From a virus (lineage: Duplodnaviria > Caudoviricetes), in IMG/VR virus record IMGVR_UViG_3300036791_000703, positions 2,021-66,020 of that record: DNA of 64,000 nucleotides; one strand, written 5' to 3'. The notes under the pieces are model-generated. The model was not told the DNA's origin and ran no database searches. It worked only from the letters and a program-made list of their open reading frames with translations. A program made the position numbers and the translations under genes. This document shows, one piece after another, positions 56,390 to 64,000 of this stretch. Positions within the stretch are counted from its first letter, which is position 1. Every line of letters begins with the position of its first letter.

Positions 56390-56416
56390 GCCGCCCCTTC
56401 GGGGGCGGCTTTTTTT
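56390..56416 (+). terminator. Intrinsic terminator ending the late operon
   Basis: GCCGCCCC-TTCG-GGGGCGGC-T7 at the convergence of + and - gene blocks. Confidence 0.9.
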
Positions 56417-56495
56417 ATTGTCGGACGCTTGCGGCAACAGCCACAGCAGATGCCGTCGTCAGCGCAGCACTCCCATCGGCAATGCAGGAAGCCGA

Positions 56496-56771
56496 TCATC
56501 CGTTGCCGCCCCGCTCGCTCTCCGGCGCCTCTTGGACCTCGAAGTGATCCGGCGCCCTGCCGGTCACCGTCTCGATCATCTCGCCCATGAACTCGGTCAT
56601 CATCGTGATGAATTGCTGCTTGCGGGTCTCGTTGTTCTCGACCGCGACGATTCGGATCGAGCCGAGCAACAGCGGCTGTCGATCGTCGCCGACGGCTTTC
56701 AAATATGCGCACCACATGTGGTTCTCGCGGCGCAGCGCGAGCCTAATCGGAAGTTGCGTTGTTCGTGGCAT
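56496..56771 (-). CDS. Hypothetical protein
   Basis: AAGGAG RBS on the minus strand. Confidence 0.7.
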   Translation of the reverse strand: MPRTTQLPIRLALRRENHMWCAYLKAVGDDRQPLLLGSIRIVAVENNETRKQQFITMMTEFMGEMIETVTGRAPDHFEVQEAPESERGGNG

Positions 56772-56784
56772 CGGTGTCACTCCT

Positions 56785-56952
56785 TCAGCCCCAGCACTCC
56801 TCGAAGTCGTCGAACGTGACCAGCTTGGCGGTGACGATCTCCATGCCGGTGCCGTCGCACCACGGGCACGGTCCGCGGTCAACGTCCTTCGAGGTGAGCA
56901 GGCGGCCCTCGCCATCGCAGTATTCGCAGAAGATCAGCATCTCGTCGTTCAT
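56785..56952 (-). CDS. DnaJ-type Zn-finger miniprotein
   Basis: CEYCDGEG and CPWCDGTG. Confidence 0.7.
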   Translation of the reverse strand: MNDEMLIFCEYCDGEGRLLTSKDVDRGPCPWCDGTGMEIVTAKLVTFDDFEECWG

Positions 56953-57446
56953 CGGATGGCCAATTTCGGGATACTGACGGCATCGATTGCTGACCATCCA
57001 TCCTTGATGCGATCTCGAATTATTTTAGCTGGGATATTAAATTGCTCACTCGCTTCGACCAGCAGCATTTCTTTGCCATCGATTACAACATGCACATTGT
57101 CCGATCGATTTCTCGCTTGCTCTTGTTTAGTTGCCCATCGCACGTTGCCGGGAACGTAGTGACCATTGTTGTCTTTACGATCAATCGAGTGTTTCGGTGA
57201 TGGTCGAGGTCCGATGTAGGAGATGAACGCTACGAAGTCAGCGCGCCATTCGTCAGCCACGTATATTCCTCGCTTACCGTATCTATGGAAGCCTTTGTTT
57301 TTTGGTCGATGACAACGCTGCACCATTCCCTGCCACGCTAGGTATTCGCCACTTTTCTTTTCAGAGCAGTGCCCGTGCTTTATCCGTGCTTTGTTGGCGG
57401 CGACAACTGCCGCTTTGCCATCTTCCGAGAGCCTTTTGCTGGCCAT
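56949..57446 (-). CDS. HNH-type homing endonuclease
   Basis: YLAWQGMVQRC...YGKRGI.V...W...F...GPRPSPKHSIDRKDNNGHYVPGNVRWAT; AT-richer DNA. Confidence 0.85.
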   Translation of the reverse strand: MASKRLSEDGKAAVVAANKARIKHGHCSEKKSGEYLAWQGMVQRCHRPKNKGFHRYGKRGIYVADEWRADFVAFISYIGPRPSPKHSIDRKDNNGHYVPGNVRWATKQEQARNRSDNVHVVIDGKEMLLVEASEQFNIPAKIIRDRIKDGWSAIDAVSIPKLAIR

Positions 57447-57835
57447 TGGTTTTTCCTCTGCGGTATCTTGCGCTTCATGTCCTTGAACTTGGTGCGGGTG
57501 ACGCGCTCTGGTTCGACCGGCGTATGCTTCGCCGCCATTGCTGCCGTGTGCGTCGCCTCGCGCGAGACGATCCGCTTGCGCTTGGCGATCTCGCCGAGGT
57601 CGCGCTTGGTCTTCTCAAGATGCACCTCGATGATCCGCGGCTTCAGATTCCATGGCGCGTTGATGTCGAACGAGCCGTCGGCATCGGCGACGCGCACCGG
57701 CCAGTGGTCCCACTCGAACATCGCGAGGATGTCGGCGGCCGTCATCGTCTTCGATTTCTGATAGTCGATCTGCCCGATGGTGAGCAGGCACGCCGCCAGC
57801 TTGTTCTTCAGTGGGATGTGCTTGCGCTTGCTCAC
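57380..57835 (-). CDS. HNH-like endonuclease
   Basis: EWDH...N..WNL......H..KT..D motif; basic C-terminus. Confidence 0.7.
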   Translation of the reverse strand: MSKRKHIPLKNKLAACLLTIGQIDYQKSKTMTAADILAMFEWDHWPVRVADADGSFDINAPWNLKPRIIEVHLEKTKRDLGEIAKRKRIVSREATHTAAMAAKHTPVEPERVTRTKFKDMKRKIPQRKNQWPAKGSRKMAKRQLSPPTKHG

Positions 57836-59403
57836 GATGGTCTCAGGTGGTGGTGATGGTGCAATAGCGTCACCAAGAAAATGATCAGGATCGCCAGCGC
57901 CAGTGCGATCAACGCGGCGTACTGCCATCGCCGACGTGGCGGCGGTGGGGTCGGCTCCGGCGCCCAGCGTAGACCGTTGTCATTGTTTTCGTTGCTCACG
58001 GTTCGGCTTTGCATCTGGGGCGCTCTCGCTCTCGACTTCGAGCGACTCAGCGCCGAGGGTGTGGACCTTGCGCCCTTCGCAAACGGCGCAGCGATTGTCG
58101 ACGGTTTCGGTGGTGTTGCCGCAGTGTGGGCACAGCGTGCGGATGGTCATGTCATTTCTCCTTTCGATAGAAAACCCGTCGCGCCTCGTCGAACGCGACG
58201 ATCTTGAAGGCGTCGGTGTAGTCACCCTGATCGAAGATCGGCGGCAGCACCATCGCCATCATGGTGAGCTTAGCCTCAAGCTCTTTCCGTTCGGTTAACA
58301 GCCGGGGGATCAGCGCGCGCGCTTCGTCCTGGCAGCGTGGGCAATAGGTGCAGGCGGTTCCCAGCATCCAACTGCCGCGGCAGGCTACATCCATGATCAC
58401 CTCCCGTAGACGGCGACCGCCGCCCGCCTCTCATGGTTGAGCATGACGAAGTTCCTCCGGTTGAAAGACATCATCCAGTCCAACCCGCACGCGCACGTGC
58501 CCGCCGTCTGCATAGGGACGGCCGTGGCGCGCTTTCCTGACGAGAGCGCCCGCAGCACCCGGATCGTGTTTTTCTGCGCCCTGGACTGCCGCTTGGTGAC
58601 GTGAGCCCGTTTAGCGCGGTCGCTGTAGCCGAGGCAGGTGCTGCACTTGGTATATCCCCATGCGCGAGCCCGCTGCAGGCAGCCGACGCAGAGTAGCCGA
58701 GACCTCCGGCGCGACATTTTACTGGCTCTCAGTTAAAGCGTTGATACGTCTACTTAGTTGGCGCTGAGACCCTCGTCGTCCAGGGCGAGGATGTTGACCG
58801 CCCATTCGCCCGGTTCGTACTCCTCGGTCCAGCCGGCAACCACCCGGTCGGGCTTGACGCCGAACTCGTGCATGAGGACCGACACCGCCTCCCGGCTCGG
58901 CAACCCTTCGTGGACCTTGGTGTCGATCGACACTGATAGGTGGCGGCACAATCCCATCGGCTGGTTTTCGAACGAGACGCAAACCCGGAAGCCGTCTTCG
59001 ATCAGAACCTCTTGCGCCGGTGGGCGCTTGAACTTGGGATCGCGATCCCGCAGCCGGACCTTGCTGCGATCCTGCGGGATCGACGCCGCCCAGTTGGTGA
59101 TCGTCTCCATGCTGACAGTCTGGTCGCGTGCATTCGAGAGCGCGTTGGCGATGGCGTTGCGTTCGGGCTGGCCGATGATCAGGGCGCGACCGGGCATCAT
59201 GCACTCCGTTGCGTTGGTTCGCCCGGGCAGTTGTCGCCGCGGGCGCGTATGTCCTCTTTTGCCACGCAGGCGTCGAGGTGGGCTTTGAGCACTGTGAGTT
59301 TGGCACATTCGAAGCCGCCGACACTCATGATGAGATAGCGGCAACAGGCAGCGCCCTGGCCTATCTTGCACACCGACTTGACGTGCTGATCGTCGAGTAT
59401 CAC
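57832..59403 (-). other. Run of small minus-strand hypothetical genes (57832-58014 TM, 57980-58150, 58152-58400, 58397-58717, 58754-59200, 59197-59403)
   Basis: Overlapping start/stop coupling; several CxxC motifs. Confidence 0.6.
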
Positions 59404-59780
59404 ACCAAATCCTTCGGTGGCATGGGTATCCGTCTGAGTTTGGAGCGCGGTCGCCACAGATGCAAAACGAACGGGTGATTGTTGATGTGGTCCTCCGCAG
59501 GAACGTGGAGCTGCATCGCCACCTCTTGGGGCTTGAAGAACACCCGATGGATGAACGACATCTCGGCCCATGTCGGGCAGCGGTCGGGGAGCGATACCGA
59601 GACATGATCCCAGCCGCCGCCGGCAGCGGCGATGATCCGCAGGAACACCCTTTCGCACGGCACCACGAACGCGCCGTTGCAACTCTGGTCGAGTACCTTG
59701 ATGTCGGGGATGCCCATACTCACCCACGCCTCGACGGCGAGGTCGACGCGGAAGCGATCGAGCTGGCGAAGGTCACGCAT
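59400..59780 (-). CDS. Conserved phage hypothetical protein
   Basis: GWDHVSVS...RCPTWAEM...FF...H.N.H...LHLWRP, a motif I recognise from other phage proteins. Confidence 0.8.
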   Translation of the reverse strand: MRDLRQLDRFRVDLAVEAWVSMGIPDIKVLDQSCNGAFVVPCERVFLRIIAAAGGGWDHVSVSLPDRCPTWAEMSFIHRVFFKPQEVAMQLHVPAEDHINNHPFVLHLWRPRSKLRRIPMPPKDLV

Positions 59781-59942
59781 CGTCGGGCGGGTCTTCTGCT
59801 GTGGGGTTGCCGGGATCGGCCGCGTCGAGGATGATCCTGGCGAGCTTGCGCGGGATCACGAGGTGGCGCTGCGCCCGGCCGCTGGGACCGCGCCAGTCGT
59901 AATCGGCGCGCAGCTTTTTCAGTGCGAGCTTGGCGTCGAAGG

Positions 59943-60401
59943 TCAATGCCGTGTCTTCGGCTGGTGGGACAGCAATCCGGTCATGCGGCCAGTGAGCTGA
60001 GTGAGTTCTTCGATCTTCAGCGGACCGAGTGTCGGCTTGCCGCCGATCACCGGGCGGATGATATCGCGATGGCCGAGCGCCGTCTCGGTGTCGGTCTCGG
60101 CGATGAAGATGATCTGTTCTTTGCGCCTGGGGTGCTCGGCCGCTGGGATCGACAGATCGATATTATCGGCACCCTCGACGACCCACGCCTCGTCGACGAA
60201 CACATAGGCGGTGGCGCCCATCTCCTTCATCAGCAATTTGATAAGTCGCAACCCGGCATCCTTGTTGAGGTGCGGCGGCGGTGGCACCAGATTGAGCGCA
60301 TCGTCGGTCTCGACCATGTAGACCGGGCGCATCTCGCCGTTCGCATCGAATAGTTTGTCAGTCAGACCAGATGCCAGCTCGATCAACTCTTGCGGTGTCA
60401 T
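59943..60401 (-). CDS. Hypothetical protein
   Basis: GAGGAGG RBS; YVFVDEAW motif. Confidence 0.75.
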   Translation of the reverse strand: MTPQELIELASGLTDKLFDANGEMRPVYMVETDDALNLVPPPPHLNKDAGLRLIKLLMKEMGATAYVFVDEAWVVEGADNIDLSIPAAEHPRRKEQIIFIAETDTETALGHRDIIRPVIGGKPTLGPLKIEELTQLTGRMTGLLSHQPKTRH

Positions 60402-60921
60402 TGAATTCCTCCTCGGTAATTTGTTTGCCGTGACGCCAATACTCGACGCGGCTATAGGGGCGGCGCGGGATGACGTGGAGCTTGGTGCGCCGCTGGCCGG
60501 TGGCGAACACCGCGACGAACACCTCGGGGCGCTCGGGGATCATCGTCGGATCGACCAGCAGCAACGGCAGCGCGGTGCCGCCGGACAACAGCGCGTCGTC
60601 GATGCGGTGGGCATAGCGCGGCGCTGCGAGATACGGGCAAGTCTGGAGCGAGTAGTGGGCGCACTCGTCATGCATCGGCGGATCGAAATAGGCGCCGTGC
60701 CGGTGGAATGCCGACATCGGACCACCGACGAACCATCGCCCGCGCGACAGCTTCTGGCCGCAGATCGGACACAGGTCGCCAGTGAGCGCGAACTCGCGCT
60801 TCACGTCGTCATTGATGGTGAACTGCGCCCGTCCGCTGCTGTCGACGTAGACGCCCCACGGGATCGCATAACCGCGGCGATCGACCGGCAGGTGCGCCAT
60901 GCGTTTGGGGATCGCGATCAC
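60358..60921 (-). CDS. Conserved Cys/His phage hypothetical protein
   Basis: RGY.IPW, CPICG, PPMHDECA.YS..CP.L. Confidence 0.75.
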   Translation of the reverse strand: MIAIPKRMAHLPVDRRGYAIPWGVYVDSSGRAQFTINDDVKREFALTGDLCPICGQKLSRGRWFVGGPMSAFHRHGAYFDPPMHDECAHYSLQTCPYLAAPRYAHRIDDALLSGGTALPLLLVDPTMIPERPEVFVAVFATGQRRTKLHVIPRRPYSRVEYWRHGKQITEEEFNDTARVDRAGIWSD

Positions 60922-61427
60922 GGCGCGACTCCGGCCAGCGTTTTGGCAATTTGTGCGAAGCTGTGGGCCGGTCCCGGGTCCTCACTGCTGATCTTCTCGA
61001 TGAAGGTACCGTCCGCCAGCGGCAACAGGGTGATTCCGTTTGGGCGCACCAGTCCGATCACGCCGTCATGTTTCCATAGTCTGTGCAGATAGACGCGCAG
61101 CGCCGGATCACGATGAGCGTTCGGGTGCTTCGGATCACACCAGATTTGTACCACCGGAATGACGTACTCGTTGCCGTCCTGTTCGCAGGTGACGTAGTCC
61201 GGCATCAGGTCGAGCACGTAGTGCGAGCGATCCGGCCGCCGCAGCTCGGCGCACGTCTCATCGACCAGCCAACGGCATGACCATGCGCGGCATGACACCG
61301 GCCGGCTGGCGTAGATCGCGCAGCCGTTGAAGCGCTGATGCTTGCAGCGCTCGCCGCCCTTCTTGTGGAGTTCTTCGACCGGCACCAATCGACAGCACAG
61401 GGTGCAGCCGCCGCATTTGCGATTCAT
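60918..61427 (-). CDS. YkgJ-like CxxCxxCC Zn/Fe-S cluster protein
   Basis: CGGCTLCC...C.H....CAIY..RP..C..W.C.W. Confidence 0.85.
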   Translation of the reverse strand: MNRKCGGCTLCCRLVPVEELHKKGGERCKHQRFNGCAIYASRPVSCRAWSCRWLVDETCAELRRPDRSHYVLDLMPDYVTCEQDGNEYVIPVVQIWCDPKHPNAHRDPALRVYLHRLWKHDGVIGLVRPNGITLLPLADGTFIEKISSEDPGPAHSFAQIAKTLAGVAP

Positions 61428-62971
61428 TTGGTTTCCACTTTGTCGACTTCCTTCATGATCTCCGGCAGCTCTTGCATCACCGATTTTATGAATGTCCCGA
61501 ACATCAATGTCCGCATCTTCACATCGCTGCCCGGTCTACTTTTCTCGCCGCGATAACCGGACAGCCATGATGCGGTCAGCGCCGCCAACGCCGCGCCGAT
61601 GGCATGCGCTGGATACTGGATCATTATCGGCGAGAGCTTGTCGGCGAGTTCATTTGCCAGTTTGGCGTTGGCCTCGATGTCTTCGACGACATTGGGCGGC
61701 ATCTTGGGTTTGTCGGTCATTGGCGATCTTTCAACATGTTGTCGCCCCACGCCCGCGCCCAGTCCCGGGTGTAATCGGTGTCGGGTGACATGCGGCCGTG
61801 AATGACATCGGCAACCGAGGTGACCAGCTTGGCCTCGATTTCAAGCTGGCTCATACGCACCTGGGCGGCGAAGTTCATTGGTTGCAATACGCGGCCGATC
61901 CATTCGCCAGCGTTGACGATCGGTTGTCGTGGCTTGTCGGGATCGAGCGCCCAGATGTGGAATTCGTGCGTCGCATCGGGCAGGTAGAATACAGAATCGG
62001 TGAGCCCTGGTTTGGGTGCGAGATCAAACACGAACATCACATACGAGTGCCACAGCGGATGAGCACCCGGGCATTCGACGACATAGAAATCGACGACGGT
62101 CGGGGTCTCTGGATCAGGGGGAACGTCGACGCGCCATGCGCGACCGAACGGCCCGGTGAGTGTTGGTTTGGTAGTCACGCGATCCTCGATGTGATTCATT
62201 TGGGCGCCGTCCGCAGCTGCTGTTCGTTCATGATCATGAGAAGGCCGCGCTGATCTTGCACGACGTAGCGGAGCACGTTGCTTTCAAGCTTGTGGCCGAA
62301 GAACGCAATGCGACCGCGGTACGTGTAGTCGCCGCCGCTCTTGATGACCTCGTCGCCGCGGGCGAAGCGCGGGCTGACCAGCTCCGCCTCCTTGCCCGCG
62401 TCCACGGCCGCCTCGGCGGCAACAGCTTCGTCGCCGACCGCCGTGACCAGCTCCCAGTGCAGCCGTGCGATGTCCTTCTGCGCCTGCTCACCAGTGGGCG
62501 ACGTGCGCTCGTGGGCGTAGGTGTGAAGGGCATCGGCGAGCTGGCGGCCGATCGCGGCGATCTTGGCGTCACTCATGGTTACTCCGATGGCAGAAGCTTG
62601 CTCAACGGCTGAAGCGTTTCGATGACCCTCTCCGCCTCGGCCGACGTGTTGCATGTCGCACTCAAGATCAGCGTCTTGCCGTTGAAGCGGACATCCATCT
62701 GCGATGCCGGCGGCGGCTGCGGCGGCATGTTCTGGATGGTAGCTGTTGCGACCGGGCGCGGCGGTGGCGGCGCGTAGGGACTGGCGGGCGGCGGTGGCGT
62801 GGCGGGGGCGGGACGATCCTGCATCGGTGCTTGCTCCTTGGTTGCGGTGGATTTCATGGCGTTGATGTGCTCGGCGATCTCGTCTTCGAGCGCGTCGAGC
62901 GCGGGCGCCGGGCGGCGGGGTACGACCGTGGGAAGGAATTCGTCTGGGATCGGGGCTGGGTCACGCGCCAT
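61424..62971 (-). other. Four hypothetical genes (61424-61720, 61717-62199, 62196-62576, 62579-62971)
   Basis: Coupled ORFs with typical codon usage; no family recognised. Confidence 0.65.
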
Positions 62972-63902
62972 TCTTGTCTCCTTGTGAATCGGGGGCGTCC
63001 GTTTGTGTACGAGGGGCAGCGGACGCCCCCTGCTCAGCCGCCGGAGAGTCGCTGCCTTCGGCGGCTGCATCTGCGCTACCCTTGCGGGCGCGTGGTTTCT
63101 TTGCTGGGTCGATCTCAGGCGTCGGCGCACGCGCGGCCTGGATCACGTCGTCGAACTGATCGGCAGCTTGGTTGAAGCCCTCGTCGGTGCCGCGCGGCTT
63201 GAGCCGCTGCAGCAAGCCGGCCGTCGGCTGCTCCATCGTGACCTGATCCTCGTCGAAATCGGCCAGCTCGTCGGAGGTGTATAATCCGCTCGTGACGTGC
63301 GGGAAGTAAATCCGCGCCACGTCACGCACGGTGTTGTAGATCATCTGCACCTCGGGCTTCTTGTCCCACAGCGGCGAGCCCTTGGTGACACCGCTCTCGT
63401 TGCGTCCGGGTCGCAGCTTGGCGAGGGTCTCCGAGATGTAGCTGATGGTCTTGTGTCTGCGGCGTAATGTGAACGTCACCTTGCAACGGCGATCGTCGCC
63501 GTCACCGAGGATTTCGTATTCGAGTGGGCCGTCGATCGGCGCACGCGCCAGGATCACGGCGTTGAAAAATGCACTTTCGTACGAGATACGCCTGACGCCC
63601 TTCTGTTCGACCTCGTACGACCAGTTCGCCACTGTGAAGGGGTCCATCTTCAGCTGCAGCGCGCGGATGGTGATGGCGAGGCACGAGCCCGGCTTGTTGC
63701 GCAGATGCGGCGGCACTGCCGTGTCGGCGAGCGCCATCAGCTTGGCGAACTCCATTACCTCAATCATCGAAGCGAACTTGACGCCGACCAGTTCGCCCGG
63801 CTGTGAGCCGCTGATCGTCATCTCGCCGAGGCGTTCGCTGTCGAGCTTGGCGTCGATCAGCAGCGACTGCCGTTGCTCGCGGGTCTGGCCAGTGTCTGTC
63901 AT
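62961..63902 (-). CDS. recT: RecT-like single-strand annealing protein
   Basis: VPPHLRNKPGSCLAI...A....MDPF.VA..SY, SPLW...P..., AR.YFP....GLYT.DE; GAGGA RBS. Confidence 0.8.
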   Translation of the reverse strand: MTDTGQTREQRQSLLIDAKLDSERLGEMTISGSQPGELVGVKFASMIEVMEFAKLMALADTAVPPHLRNKPGSCLAITIRALQLKMDPFTVANWSYEVEQKGVRRISYESAFFNAVILARAPIDGPLEYEILGDGDDRRCKVTFTLRRRHKTISYISETLAKLRPGRNESGVTKGSPLWDKKPEVQMIYNTVRDVARIYFPHVTSGLYTSDELADFDEDQVTMEQPTAGLLQRLKPRGTDEGFNQAADQFDDVIQAARAPTPEIDPAKKPRARKGSADAAAEGSDSPAAEQGASAAPRTQTDAPDSQGDKNGA

Positions 63903-64000
63903 CTAATCCTCGGCTTGGTTGGCTGGAACGCCACCTTGGCGTGCTCGGCGCAATACGGGTGCGGGTGCTGTCGCTTGGCGCCGCAATAGCGGAAGTCCGG

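Noticed and set aside
1-64000. Diversity-generating retroelement, retron or CRISPR array
   Set aside because: No reverse transcriptase motif, no adenine-specific template/variable repeat pair and no regularly spaced direct repeats were seen. The tube duplicates differ at all base types.
1-64000. Stop-codon reassignment
   Set aside because: Core genes are intact in the standard code, and TGA, TAA and TAG all terminate genes.
1-64000. tRNA or rRNA genes
   Set aside because: No cloverleaf with a T-loop consensus and no rRNA-like sequence noticed in the short intergenic gaps (not machine-scanned).

Overview
The whole window reads as part of a GC-rich tailed dsDNA phage genome. It encodes a contractile-tail virion with a DUF1073 portal, DUF2213 protease, DUF2184 capsid and a P2-like V/W/J/I/FI/FII/U/X/D tail. 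The host is probably an alphaproteobacterium (Hyphomicrobiales), inferred from a SuhB/MmgR-like RNA and a CtrA-type box. Layout: 104-3815 small + strand hypothetical genes; 3819-56360 packaging and virion module (+ strand) ending at a UUCG terminator; 56496-63902 convergent - strand early/middle genes (RecT, HNH, Zn/Fe-S proteins). No integrase, repressor, tRNA, CRISPR array or host gene was recognised. Most notable: (1) a duplicated tail core, with two tandem tube genes and two tandem paralogous tape-measure genes that carry different peptidoglycan hydrolases (SleB-like plus amidase versus M15 peptidase); (2) a portal fused to an R-S-E ADP-ribosyltransferase-like domain behind putative R-D-A cleavage sites; (3) a phage-encoded anti-Shine-Dalgarno sRNA of the SuhB/MmgR type, plus other structured RNA candidates; (4) several small protein modules reused, and nested inside each other, across unrelated virion proteins. 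All family calls come from motif recognition by eye; no database searches were run.
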